Assembly: GCA_038496445.1 (NCBI GenBank)
Contig: JALMLS010000489.1
Location: forward strand, 121,875-185,874
Direction: 5' to 3'
DNA: 64,000 bases
DNA from: Trichosphaerium sp. ATCC 40318
Lineage: Eukaryota > Protista > Tubulinea
Shown here: positions 50,578 through 64,000 of the stretch, piece after piece
How positions within the stretch are numbered: position 1 is the first letter of the stretch
How the letters are laid out: each line of letters begins with the position of its first letter
Program-made: the position numbers and the translations under genes
Notes under the pieces: model-generated
The model's database searches: none
Told to the model about the DNA's origin: nothing
What the model saw: the letters and a program-made list of their open reading frames with translations, nothing else

Positions 50578-53500
50578 ATGGCGGCGCAATCGCCGCAAAG
50601 AGTACAGTTATTTCTCAAGGAGCTCGCGGAGATACTCACCAAGGAGCAACGACAACTTATTGCTAAATTTCTGCCTGGTTTGTCTCAAAACGAGCGAAAT
50701 CGCTTGAGTGGCAATTCAAATGCGTTATTGCGTGCTCTAGTAGAGCTAAAACTGCTTCCTTGGGATTCAAGTTGGTTAAAAACGTTATCAGCGGCAAATC
50801 CATCACTGGGTAATGTAGGGGATACAGTAGATAGATATATTGCGTCTAACGAGGTACGACCGTTTTTGGCATTTCAAACTCACAAGCTAGTTTATTGCGC
50901 TACTAGCGTAATTTTTCTTGCCAATATACACAGTTTTGATTACTTTTTACGTAGACACTCCTAACTTGCGTTCTTGTTTGTCCTGCCGCTCAAAATCAAG
51001 TCATAGACTACCTTGAGCACTCTCCATCATTTATAGGTACTACAACCCGAAAAACAGCAAATTGTACTATACAGTTTTAACTTTTATTGAAAAGCAATTA
51101 ATTATCCGTTATTGTGCTTTATTGGCCTACTTACTAAGTCCTTTAGAACGCCCAAAAACAGGCCCACAACAACGTTACTTTACTAAGCAAACTTGGCCTC
51201 AATGGGATATCAGGGTAGTTGAAAAAGCGAACAAACAACTCATGTCAGCTTGGTCACCTGATCTCGTTATTTTTTTGTCTGCTATAGCACCAAACCACGT
51301 AGTAGACCTTCCAGAAGTTACAGGAGAAGGCGTTGTCGCACCAAATACGGTTATAGATAATAGGAAGGTACCTTTTTTTCGAAAAATTATCTTGTACTTG
51401 TTGGCGCCTAATCTCGTTCTAGAACCCTCTGGCCGTTACGTCACCTTTTATTGGTGGTTTGAAGGACCTTTTGATGTCCGTGAGGCTGTCACAGTATATT
51501 CTACCGGTGCCCAACCTCGAGATTATTGAAAATATTAGTGTAGTGAATGAAACATGTCAACAACTGTTTCTTGTTCATGATACATATAAATTAGCTCTCT
51601 TCACACTCGGTGATACTCCTGTGGATATATACAACGCAATGTCTATCGTTAATATCGTTTTGGATACGCCTAAACCCGAGTTTAAATATCATACTACAAA
51701 GTGTACTATTAAGATGTCAAAGGGTGCAACAAAGGAAGAATTACAGCTTTATCTCAATCTTAACATATCAAAGACAGCTCAAGTATTATCAGCTACGAAA
51801 GGAACATTTGAAGTATCCATAGAACACGGACATTTCTGGAGATTGAAGCATCAAGCAGAATCCGTAAAAAATCTTCAATTCCTGGGTTGTACTATCTCAG
51901 GTGTTGCTATTGAGAAAAAAACGAATGGCAAGCATTATAGAAAACATACTAGAGATAAACATGGTAAAGGAAATGAGAAGGATGCTAAGCAAGAAAAAGG
52001 AGATAAGGCTGTTGATTTTGCTTTTACAAAGAAGCTAAAAGATAAAGATGATCCAGTTCGGTACCTTTTTTTTTTTCCTTCTTTGTTCTTTTTTTTGTAC
52101 ATCAACCACGCTTGTATTTACCTAATTCAATCTAGTATGAAGATGAGCGCCAGCGCACCTGTCATAGGTGGTAAACTAAGGAGCAAATCTGGAGGCTGGT
52201 CATTACCTAAAGCATCATTCGATCTTCCAGGTACGATTGCATCTTTGTTATTTACTGTGCTGCTTTTCGAAAAATGTCATTTTCTAATGCCTCTTTCTAG
52301 TGTTTGATAGACGAGAAAAAGGTCTCCAAGAGATTCCAGAAGATGTATTTGGCCGTGAAAAACTTACTAAGCTTGTGTTACTCCAAAATCGTATTTCTGT
52401 TATCCCTCCAGGTTAGTACAATACTTTTTGGTTGAGCTAATATATATTGTAGAAATTGGAAATTTGACAACACTTCAGCACATGGATATAAGCCACAACT
52501 CCCTTGTAGGTTTACCAGATGAAATTGGTAAACTTCAAAACCTTGAGACGCTACTTTTGAATGGAAACTTTATTAAGTTCCCTAAAAGTACGTAGATAAT
52601 TAAAAGCAGAAATTTTAATACCTCCTCTCCGTGTCTTACAGTTTTAGCACCTTTCTCGCTCAAATCCTTGACTTTCTTGGATCTGTCTAGGAACAGGCTT
52701 GAAGCTTGTCCTGATTTCAGTGCGTACGCACCACACTTAACAAAGCTAGTACTAGACAAGAACAAACTAGATCAAGGTACATAATTAGCAAATCGTTCCA
52801 AAAAAAAAAAACAAGCCGATTCCTTTTCGAACACTAACTGACTTACCAAAAGGTGCGAACCTGTTTTCTCTGATGCCCAAACAACTTCGTCACTTATCTA
52901 TAAGCCATAACTCCCTTTCTTGCGTTGGTGATGGTGTTGGAAACTTAGACTGTACGTCCGAAGAATTATCCTTATTTTTTGACTTATCACATGAAATAGC
53001 ACTTGAGTTCCTTTGTCTTAGTCATAACGATATAGAAAATCTTCCACAAACAATGGATAAGCTTGTTCAGCTCAAGAGCGTAGATGTATCCCACAACAAG
53101 TTAAAAGACCTACCAAGCTCGCTAAACCTTCCAAAATTGATTACGTTCTATGCCAATAACAACAAAATCATGGATGTCAATGCACTATTCGAAGCGTAAG
53201 CCAGCATTTAGACTTACTTATGGTATTTTTTACTAATTGAAGAATTTAGAGGCGCTTTTAGTTGTTTGACTGATTTCAACCTTGCTAATAACAAGATTGT
53301 CCAAATGCCTTCTAATTTCTACAGTTGCTCTATGTTACAACATTTTTTGATATCAAGCAATCGTTTGACACATATAGACCCTGAAATCAAAGATTTAGAT
53401 AGATTGTTTACTCTTGACTTGGGTAATAACAAATTGGTTGATATTCCTTCGGAGATGTCTTCATTGACGAACTTGACTTATCTCAGTTTCTTCAATAATA

Positions 53501-55447
53501 AGATAGCAGAATTACCAAAAGATCTCACTGCTGATATGGGTATACTTCAATTCTACTACTTGTCATACACAGATGTTACTGAATACCGTCAGTCTGATAA
53601 GCCATTTGAAAAATTAGAAGAACTTAATATGAACTCATCACAACTTGAAGTCATACCAAGTTCTATATCTGTAGATATGCCTAATATACGTGTTCTATCA
53701 TTGAGTAATACAAATATATCAGAAATACCTGTAGAGCTATGGTACGCGGCCAATACAAAAATTGTTTTGTGATTGATGCTGATTTTTTTGTTTTAGCTCT
53801 TTGAAGTATTTGGAACAACTTGACCTCTCTCTAAACAAGATCGTCACTCTACCTTCGGAATTCTTCGAGCTTAAGCGATTATCAGTTATTGATATTAGTT
53901 ATAATCAATTAGAGTCTAATACTGACGAGGAATCATGGGACAAAACGTCTGAGTAAGCTGTCTTTTTTAGTACTTTCTTGCTTAATGAAATTAATACTTA
54001 CTTATTTCTTTTTAAGGTGGATGGGTATGAGACGGCTTCATGTTGTCAACTTGAGTAATAATAATCTCAAAGAAGCACCTGCAGGTAATTTATCTTTCTA
54101 TTATAGACATTGTTTCCTAACGTGTTTTCTTTGTAGGATTATTGGAAGCTGCACAAGAATTTGATGCTGATGTAAACCTTTCCGGTAACCAAATAGAAGA
54201 TCATAATGAGCTCATTCAAGGTATGTAATTCTCAACACAAATATGTGTTTCTTACGCTATGGTGTAGGCGACAGATTCCAAGTAGCTTGGGCAGAGGTAT
54301 CACATAATCGCTTTTTTCAAAACTTACTTATTATTTAGATGATGGGAAAACGACCAACCATGGAAGACGCCTTTTGTATAAAAGTACACTTACAATTCAT
54401 TAATATGCTCTTACTCATCATTCTTAAAGGGAAGCTTCATGGGAGATGAGAATATTGATTTATATGGTTTGTTTGATGGCCACGCCAGTTTCGAAGCAGC
54501 AAGGTTTTGTGCTGTTAACCTACCGCCATTACTCGAAAAAGAGTTTCCAATGACCGATGACGAATTTCCAGCTGCTATAACAAAGGTACCGCCACTGAAG
54601 TGTTAGTTACTCCATCCAATGCTCACTCTGTCTAAGGTGTTCGACGAACTACATACGAAGTTCCACACGTATATCAAGAGTGTTGCAGTTCACTCTCCTA
54701 GAGCAAGGAATTGTGGCGCTACTGCTGTAGTCGTGCTGATTATGAATGAGGTGGTACATGTCGCTAGTGTCGGTGATAGTAGAGCCGTTGTAGTCAGAAC
54801 AGATGAAATAATATCCGCTACTATAGATCACAAACCTGAATCCGAAGAAGACCGCATTCGTGGACTAGGAGGTAAGTTTTCGCAGTTTTTTCCACGAACG
54901 CTGTATGATGCTCACGTGATTTTATCAAGGCTCTGTTGTGAATGGTCGTGTAAATGGCCTTCTAGCTGTTTCTAGATCTATTGGTGATTTTTACTTGACA
55001 CCTATGGTATCACATGAGCCTCGGTGTACACGCTACAACTTGACAGAAAAGGTACGTAAGAAAAGCTTACAAAAACAAATCTTCATGGTAACCTTGTACT
55101 AAGAGCAAGGAATTTGCCCATAAAAGAGTTGTGGCATTCTGATTAAGTTTATTGTATAGGACGAATTCATCATCATGGGCTGTGATGGCGTATGGGACGA
55201 AGTTTCAGAGAAAGAGGCAGCTCGATTGGTTAGAACTAAAATTAGGGCAAGTGTACCTCGTGCTTGTACTAAACTACGTGATTTTGCGTATATGTTTGGT
55301 AGCGATGATAATATATCAGCTATTGTTGTGCGTACTGGAAAGAGATTGAAAAAAAAGAAGATGAAGAAAAAGAAGAGCAAGAAAAAAGGACCAGGATCTT
55401 TATCTCCCAAAGAGGACAAAAAAATTGTCACTGACAGTGTAATTTGA
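50578..55447 (+). CDS. LRR + PP2C phosphatase (PHLPP-like) with N-terminal DED-like helical domain
   Basis: Many LxxLxLxxN repeats. PP2C motifs [38 protein letters not shown] and GSDDNIS. Confidence 0.9.
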
Positions 55448-55607
55448 TAGATTTGTACAAAACACCACCTTTGTTTTGTTTGCTTGGTATTCTTGAGATC
55501 CAGACGGATCTCTAGTTTTGAGGTTTGGTTTTTTTGGGTTGTGTTGGTCCAAAAACTTAATTCAGTCAAGAATTCCGCCTGAAGAGCGGTTTGAAAATGT
55601 CCATATT

Positions 55608-55697
55608 GAGGAGCTACGTGTGGTTAATGACAAAAAGCATGACGAAAGTAAACAGTGGTACAACAATGACAAGTTAAGGCACTATCTACATGGTTGA
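55608..55697 (+). pseudogene. Short MORN-variant repeat remnant
   Basis: EELRVVNDKKHDESKQWYNNDKLRHYLHG* resembles the repeats of 14217-14792. Confidence 0.45.
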
Positions 55698-55889
55698 TGA
55701 CAAACAGCAAAGCATGGTTAATAAGTGCAAGAAATGCTATCGTGCGAGTATGGCTCCAACTGTAACTCTTGGTACACTAATAAATATACTTAACCATCCA
55801 AGCAGACTGTTGGAACGTTAATGTTAACTCCATACAGGAAAGAGTTTCTCTACTTAAAGCACTTTTCTTGTTTATTTTCTTCAATACAA

Positions 55890-57507
55890 TCAGTAAAATT
55901 TTGTTCTTGTTTTATGTATTGGTATGTCTACTTGTTCTTCCATCTCCTTTGCAAGATCCCATAAGTAAAAATCTATAACTATTGCATTGAGTAGTTGATT
56001 TTTATCAATGCTAGGGTCTTCTGCAATTTGTTTTTTCATTTCTTTTAGAATACACTACGCAACAATATCAGAACATGTTAAGTCAACCCAGATTCAACTA
56101 ATTATTTTGTTCTCATAATAAAATAGTACCTCTACAGCCCATATAGAGTTACCACGAATCTCTAGCTCAATACGCTCACCATGTGATACTTGTGGTGACT
56201 CTTTTAGTCTGAAACAGTGTTAACCTTCAAAAAAGAGCATACGATGTACAATGGTGTTTCCTTACCTATTCATAAGTGCAGTTGAGTATGTCATAGCACC
56301 TAGATGTACTAGGATTTGAGGTACACGATAATCAGCAAACATAGTTATTGTATCAATATCTGTGAACTCTCCTATGCCTTTACCTTCAAAACAAGCCCAA
56401 ATATCTGCAACAAGAATTTGAACACGTTTATAGATTTTAACTATGTACAAAGCATTAGAGAAAAAAATCCATTTGTGACTAGTCATGAATGTCGTTATTT
56501 TATAGAATCTTGCCTGATGTTCCTTTAAATAAGTGTGAATCGTCAAAACAACTAAAATTCTGAACAACAAGGTCTACAAGCTTTTGAGCGCTCTTGTTAC
56601 TCTGACGAATACAATTGATAAACTTTCCATCAAATTTATCACAAAGTACAGTTCCTACCTCCTAAACAAGAATTAAAAAAAAAGGTGAGTCTACAGTCAC
56701 TAGCGGTTTGCTTTTTCTTGGTTGATTTTTTTTTGAATTCTGTTTTTGGCAAAATGTGTAGTGTGACATGTCAAGAATCTTGTTTTTGGTGATCAACATC
56801 TCGATTTAATAAATTTGTGAAAAGGTTAATGTTGTTGATGTACGTACACGAAGGTTAGAAACGCGTTGGTAAATTAATGCTAACTCTGTTGAAGATGCAC
56901 TCTTAAATACTTCCTGTACTTGCTCTTTTGTAATATTTTTGAGGTATTCAGCGGAAGTGAATGGAATGCCTTTCTATTGAAACGAAAAAAAATAAGAATC
57001 CTGACAGAGCATCTAAGTGTCAAAAAGAAATGTAACAGATCAACTTCAATTTACCTCTATAGCCCTGTTCATAGCTGCGCAAAGCGACCAATAGCCTAAT
57101 TACGTCAGATTTACGAGAAATAAGAGATATTGCGTGCCAGTGTATTTTTTGTTGTTGTAATCGACTGTAAATGGTATATCTTTCGATAAATGGTAAGATT
57201 GACGCCTAGTAAAGCATTCCTACCTGTATCCGAATAAAATGAAAAGTTTAAGGTGTCTAGTATAAATATCCACTCCACAGTCTCCTCTGTAATAATACTG
57301 GGGTGTTGTTCTGGTTTACGCCATGAAGCTAATGAATACTTCTGTTTTTTCCATACATTGCATATCTACGCCTCTAGAGTTGGTACAAACGAGTAGACGA
57401 GCGCATGACCGCACCTGCTGTGCTGTACGAGCTACACCCTCGGGATTAACTGACACGTGTACAGAGTGCTTATTTATGAACTCAGCCGACTCTAGTACGC
57501 TTCTCAT
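55890..57507 (-). CDS. QNG1: Queuosine salvage protein (DUF2419/C9orf64)
   Basis: [51 protein letters not shown] and IDFYLWD. Confidence 0.93.
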
Positions 57508-57771
57508 GATGCGTGGTTGTTTACGAATACAGAATCGTCGCTTACGCTGATGCACTGCTGTGCTTGTTGTAATTGAGCGGATAGTTGAACTGTTTGGCAG
57601 TTAAGCGAAAAATAACAGTTTACAGACGTAACACAAAAAACGCGCCTACGCACAAATAACATGCAAGAAGGTGTAAACAGAATACAAAACGTAATATAAA
57701 GTCACGATAAATAAACAACGCGACACAAGAAAGTGAACGAATCAAAAACTACATTGGTACATTGTAACACG

Positions 57772-58129
57772 TTACTCTTTCTTATTTTGAGCAGCTACAA
57801 GATATTCCTCCCAAGTAATAACACCCTAACAACCAAAAAAAGTTAAACTGAGCGCTTTCTTGTACGAAATGCAACTCTGCAAACGTACGTCCTTGTTTGA
57901 GTCCATAGTTTTGAATGCATCCTCAACTATAGCGTCAATATCGCCTTGAACCAAGAATTTCACTAATGCCTACGCCCACACCATTAAAAACAAAAGTTTT
58001 AAACAACAATGTTTGCAACTGTACCGCTTTCATCTCTTCTCGTGTTACTTTACCATTACCATCAGTGTCTGTCTCAGAAAAGGATTTTCTAAGGTTCTCC
58101 AGTTGCTCTTTTGTTAGTTGCTTCGACAT
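57772..58129 (-). CDS. Small two-EF-hand calcium-binding protein (copy 1)
   Basis: DTDGNGKVTREE and DSNKD|GVITWEE. Two introns. Confidence 0.85.
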
Positions 58130-58285
58130 AGTAAATGATGGGTACAAAATGTGAATAGTATTAATTGAAAACCTAATAAAAAAAAAGGCAGTTGTGAAAG
58201 AAACTTTTTCTTTTGATAAACATCTACCACTTTGTCACGTGAAAAGATTTTTGGTTTATTTGGTTGATTTGATTATTTAAGATTC

Positions 58286-58676
58286 TCATTCGTCTGTCTT
58301 CTCTTCAGCAGCTTTGAGATACTCAGCCCACGTAACAAAACCCTACAAAAATCGTTACAATCTGAAATACAAACTGATATTAATTCGAAATAAAATCAAG
58401 CTTCTCGGGGCTCAAATCTTTGTAATCACGTGCGTCTTTGTTTGAATCCATAGTATTAAAAGCGTCCTCAACAACAGCGTCAATATCACCCATCACAAGG
58501 CACTTTTGAAGGACCTACAACATTAGTAAGCCAATTACAAACAAAAACATTAACGTTTAAAATAATTATACCGCTTTCATCTCTTCTCGCGTTACTTTGC
58601 CATCACCATTCTTATCAGCTTCTTTAAAAGACAGTTTTAGTGCCTTTACTTGCTTCTTGGATAGTTTTTTGGACAT
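58286..58676 (-). CDS. Small two-EF-hand calcium-binding protein (copy 2, tandem paralog)
   Basis: DKNGDGKVTREE and DSNKD|GFVTWAE. Same intron positions as copy 1. Confidence 0.85.
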
Positions 58677-58741
58677 TTGACACCTGTGGAGAAATGTTGT
58701 GGTGTACACTAAAATTGACACAGTAATTCGAGTTAGGAGGC

Positions 58742-61700
58742 ATGCTACAGCCTCCTACGCCTTCACAACTCCGCGAACCACTCGTGGGCAAGTCTGAAGA
58801 TGAATTGTTAACTTCAGACAGCTTAAACCCTTCTATTCAATCCTATCTACCAGACGATAAAAATACCGGCGTACGTGATTGTATTGACAACATTCTTGAC
58901 ACCAACTCTCGATTTTTAGGCTGATTATTTACGGGCAGCCAATTTTATACAAGATGCTATACATTTACGCCAAGGGAAGCGCAAACAAGACAGTCAAGCG
59001 CAGAGGTACGTCTTAATACAGTAAATTTGGTATTCCTAATCTGTAGCTAGGTTTTACGCCTTGTACTACAGTCGACTATTTAAATGTTTCATGTGGGGAG
59101 TGATATTAGTGCATTTCAACCTAATCTGGTACAGTACATCCATTTTCTTCAAATATTTTTTGCAAAAAAAAAGTCGTTTGAGTTTTACATTGAGGACTGA
59201 TGTGTACTGCTAGGTTTGAAGATCCAGCACAATTTTTTATACCACAGTGGGCACTACTTACTATAGAAGGCGTATGCCTATTGTCTTACTGCTTTGAACT
59301 GTTTGTCAAGGTTCGAAAGAAACAAAAAAGATCACGTGTTACAGTTTTTGTAATTTTTTTTTGTAGACTAGGTTTGTTGATAATACGCGAATGTATAGGA
59401 ATAGACTTCACTGGTTAGTAATTGGTTGTATTTGTGTACGTAACCGCGGAGAAATCCCATTCCGACCTTCCAACAAAAATGACGTCATTTTTGTTTAAAG
59501 TTGACAGTGCTCGATATGATGACATACAAAGCTTCTAAAGTCCGTTGGAGTCGAATTCTTAGACCAGCGTTTGTTGGCTATTGGTACACATTTTTTTTTG
59601 GATTATTTTTTTGTCTTGTACTTACGTAATCTTTACTCAGGTTCAGACCTCTTAGGATATTTCTCAGGTACTGCTTTTAGCGCGTTAGTTATTCGTGTTT
59701 GCTGACAACGTAGCTAGGGAAGTATGGAGTACAATGGGAAGTATATTGGAAGCATTTGCGGTTATCACATTTTTTATATCATTTGCTGTTGTATTCTGTG
59801 TTGTCATATTCGAAGGTGGTCCTCTTGCTGAACCAGGAGCTGGATTTGGATCATTATGGGAAGCCACAAGAAGTCTCTTTGTGTTGTGGGTACGATAAAG
59901 ATGAAAAGAGACCAAAGCGTCCTAAAGGGCAAGTACAAGACTTCTAACACTTTTTGTTAGACAACAGCGAATTATCCCGATATTATGATGCCAGGGTACC
60001 GGCATAGTAGAGCTACTGTTTTTGTGTTTGTTGTATACATTGTCGTCACAATGTTTATACTAAAATCATTGCTGCTTGGTGTCATTTACAATCAGTATAC
60101 AAGCCAAGTCAAGAGAGATCTTCGAAATGCAAAAATACTTGAAAGGAGTAAACTTAAAGAGTCTTTTGACATTTTAACTCGGTATACACCTCCTGGTGGT
60201 TTACGATATGTTACATTGCCTTTATTCATTAGCCTATTCCGAGAGCTTAGACCATCGTAAGTATCCCTCACTACTATTAATGTACTGCAACAGAAATCTA
60301 ATTTTGATGTTTTTTAGAGCAAGCACAAAGAGAGCAAAGCTTTTATACAAAATACTGGATACGAACAACACCCAACGTCTTAGTTTTAGAGAATTCAAAG
60401 GAATTACTAATCTCTTGAAGTTTAACATAAGTTCTACAAAGGTACGCTGCGTGTCAACATCACGACTTAATAGCGATTATTGAAGAAAACAAAAAAAAGA
60501 AACTTTGAAGTTGTTTAACTTTTTGCCTCTTGAGCGCTCTTGCTTTCGGGTTTTGCATTTATTTCTGTACTTTGATATTTCTTTTTTTTAATGGTTAGTA
60601 TTAACACTTTCTATAGACAGATGACAACATATTCTCAAGGTGTATTCCGAAGTTCTACAATAGTCGTTTTTCCAATGTGCTAAAGTACTGTGTTCAACAT
60701 GTCGCTTTCAGTGTCGTTGTCACACTTATGATTGTCATTAATGCTGCTTTGGTATTAATAGAACAATTACTTGTTGAGAAACTACAGCAAGGAAAACAAA
60801 ACCCAGCATTGGTTAGCTTTAATAAGCATAAAGCATGGACAGAGATTTTATTTTTTTTCGTTTTCTTTGTTGAAATGTTTCTCAAAATCTATTCCTTCGG
60901 TCCACGTAACTACTGGAAAAAAAATTGGAATAAGTAAGCATACAAACATATATTGAATGTTAGCAATTACCACCATTAATAATTTATTAGGTTTGATTGT
61001 CTGATCGTGGTGCGATGAGTGAAAGAATTTTTCTTATTTTGTTGTTTTTCTTTTTTGTGGAGATGTATTTCCTTTTTCTTCGCCCTTGTTGCTAACTATT
61101 TTATAGATTACTTCTCTGTTTGATCTGATTCTTAATGCAACTATAGAGGATCTAGGATTCGGACTTCTCAAGTTTCTATTACTAAGTAACTACTAAAACC
61201 AACAAGCGTGCTTTTCTCTTTCGTTCATCAACTTATATTTTTAGTTCGTGTTCTACGGTTATTACGCCTTTTTGGTCGCTTAGAAAGATTCAACGTTATT
61301 ATGACAACAATATTCCAGCTTGTTGTTCCATTGATAAATCTATTTGCAGCACTGGCGGTACGTTGTGTTATTGTTGTCTTTTTTCTCATAAAATTCTTCT
61401 TTCTACTCTTTCGTCCTCTCTCAGTTTCTATTTTTCTCAACATACCATAGGTAGTTTCTTATGTATTTGCAGTTATTGGCATGCTCGTGTGGGCAGGTAC
61501 GGAAGAGAGTATAAGAAGTAAATACTTAAATAATTCTTAAAAGGAAAAATGACTCCACTCAATCCTGCTCTTAATAACACTGAGGTACAACTAACTCTTT
61601 CGATTACTATCAATTTTTCTTACAATATTTATAATAGTACGCAGAATTGGAGTATTGGGGCAATAGGTAATACCAATTAAGCACAAGCAACATTGAATTC

Positions 61701-62730
61701 ATTTGATACCCACTTTTTTTTCTTTAGTTTCAACAATTATGGAGAATCACTTGTAACACTCTTTGGTAAGCACCTGCAAATTTATTGTTGTATAACTTAA
61801 TTCAATTAGAGTTGATGGTTGTTAATAATTGGCATGTCATTGCAGCAGGATTCGCTGCAGCCTCAACACGTGAGTTTTTTTTTTTCCAATAAAAAATGGT
61901 TTTATAAATGTCAACTTCATGAACAAGAACTTCTTGTTAGACGCTAAAGACATACATACAAAAAAATACTATAATTCTTTCGGGCTTACGTTCGTTAATT
62001 TACATCGTTGTTTATTTCTTCAGCCTTGCTGAGCATTCTTCTGACAGTTTTTTTTCATAGAATGGGCTTGGTTATTTTTTATGCTCTTCCACCTTGTCAC
62101 AGCAGTTGTTCTTGTAAAGTACGATCTATAGTCAACTTAGTCATATAACCACTCCTTTTCGTTTACTTTCATATAGTATCCTTATAGCTGTTATTCTCGA
62201 CGGGTTTGTAGCTCAATGGCAAGTTCGGAAACAAGGCATTAAATCTAGAGTTCAAATCCGAATCGAAATGTTGGACAAAGCACATGCAGACATTAATGAT
62301 TTGAGGACCGTTGATAATGTATTTAAGAGTAAGACAGGAAAGAGGAAACAATACATAGCAAAACGTAAAGCAGGAGGTAAGAGAGACTGAGAAAAATCTA
62401 AGATTTTGTCGACTTAAACAATGATTTGACTAAAAATAAGAATGGGTTTTTTGGCTGGTTGGCTTTTTTCCTCAATACCTGCCCTTTCTGCTGACGCTTT
62501 TTTCTTCAGGTGTTTTGGATCTTCTCGAAGATTTATTCGTAGAGGACGAAGAAGAGTCATTTTCTGTTTCTCATGCGTTTATTCCACCACGTGAGCTTAT
62601 GGCAACTGTGGATGGTGAAGATGAAAGACGTTTAAGTTTTCATGATGAAGATTCAGTTAGTATGTATGGGAATTATGATAGTGATGACGATTGGGGACTA
62701 ACAGATTCCTCTCTTATTGTACAATTGTAG
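58742..62730 (+). CDS. TPC: Two-pore cation channel
   Basis: Two 6-TM repeats, filter motifs TTANYPDIMMP and LMVVNNW, S4 RVLRLLRL and an EF-hand-like linker. Confidence 0.92.
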
Positions 62731-62742
62731 AAAAAAAATAAC

Positions 62743-64000
62743 TAAAACAAGACTTGATTATTCATTTGCAAATGAAACCCATAAACATTTTCGAGGGATA
62801 TATGTGGTGCTTGGATTGTGACCGAAGTGTTTCTTTTTGACAGTTAAGAAATGGAAAACTAGTTATATTCATACCACTTAATTTCATATAATTTGTCAAT
62901 CCAAATTGGTTTTAAACATCTCCTCTGAATGTTTGTTATCTGTTTACTTAACCTTGTTAGTGCAACCCGCAAGAGGAGTATTTTTTTTCAGATGTCAACT
63001 CACGCGTATATTGTAACATACAGTTCTGTTTTATTAGTAATTTTCGAAACAACAAAATTGATGCAGGCGAGTGATACTCTGGACCATCTTGTTGCAGGTA
63101 TTTTTTTTTATGCAAATGGATTTACAACAGGCTGGAAATCTACCTTGGTGCTGTCTAGAATTTTAATTTGCTCTTGTGGACCTACAAGCATACGTTTACT
63201 TCCTCCTCCAGATTTCCTCAAATTTCCCTAACAAAAAGCATGTGTGAGCAACACTAAACAAACTCTTTCGTACCCTCATTGGAGACTTTCTGCTCTTTGA
63301 AGGAGATCCACTTGAACTCAAAACAGAGATAGACGCACTTCTACGTCTTACTACAGGCGCTGGTCCACCTGTCATACCAAACATAAGGCTAAATATAACC
63401 GTCTGACTACTCTCAGACAAGTGGCCAAACTTGGCTGTAGTAGAGGATCCTAACAAAAGACAATCAACAAATCAGCTCGTAAAAAAGACATTCAACTCCT
63501 TTTACAACTCGTTGTGCGTTTAATAATAGCGCACAGAGTGATATATGTAGAGAAGGTGTTATTCTTTTTCGTACCAGTCAATACCCACGTTTCAGTTGCA
63601 ATGAAGCACTCCGTTATTCTTGTCATGAGTACAGTATGTAAAGTAATATAAGGGTGCTCATTTAATTTAGCTTTACGAATAATAATATCTTTAGCCATAA
63701 AATCCTGGCTTTTGATATCAAAGTCACTTAGGACACCTGCTTCAACAAGTTTTTGAAGTAGCTCTCTAAAAGTAAAACAATCAACAACCAGAAATCCACA
63801 AAAAAGAACCAGAAAACAGAAATCCACATAAAAGCACAAATCCAGAAAAAAAAAATCCTGTGTACTGAGTTGTTGGCAATCAAAGAAAAAATAACTTACG
63901 TTATATTCTCTATTATAACGAGTGGTACGGGCCTCGTAATTGTAAGATGATACTCTACACCCTTTGCCGAAACAGAAGAGCTCCAAAGAGTGACACCAAT
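62743..64000 (-). CDS. 3' part of an uncharacterised multi-exon gene
   Basis: Coding-like exons (ELLQKLVEAGVLSDFDIKSQDFMAKDIII...) between GT-AG introns. Runs off the window. Confidence 0.4.

Noticed and set aside
1-64000. rRNA, tRNA or CRISPR arrays
   Set aside because: None recognised by eye. A tRNAscan/Infernal run would be needed to exclude small RNAs.

Overview
AT-rich, gene-dense eukaryotic (protist, probably amoeboid) nuclear DNA with many short (~45-100 bp) spliceosomal introns and an apparently standard genetic code. Exon boundaries were inferred by eye, so gene ends are approximate where stated. Recognisable genes include PLAA/Doa1, a divergent eRF1, FA2H, a RapGAP, an IQ/RhoGEF-like protein, an LRR-PP2C, QNG1, two EF-hand proteins and a two-pore channel. 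Three bacterial-type secreted proteins carry introns: an S8/S53-like protease, a metallophosphoesterase and a BMP-family solute-binding protein. Mobile or accessory material includes a 653-bp hAT-type MITE inside a coding exon, an intronless F-box/MORN gene with two decayed relatives, and two inverted ~3.8-kb copies of a PD-(D/E)xK nuclease-kinase gene. The headline observation concerns eRF1. After splicing, the otherwise intact gene reads ...AAG TCG CGG GTT TAA C..., and the conserved protein sequence (K-S-R-V-N-R) continues only in the +1 frame. This is a candidate RF2-style autoregulatory +1 frameshift at a stop codon in a cellular eukaryotic release factor. A 1-bp assembly error or pseudogenisation is not excluded.
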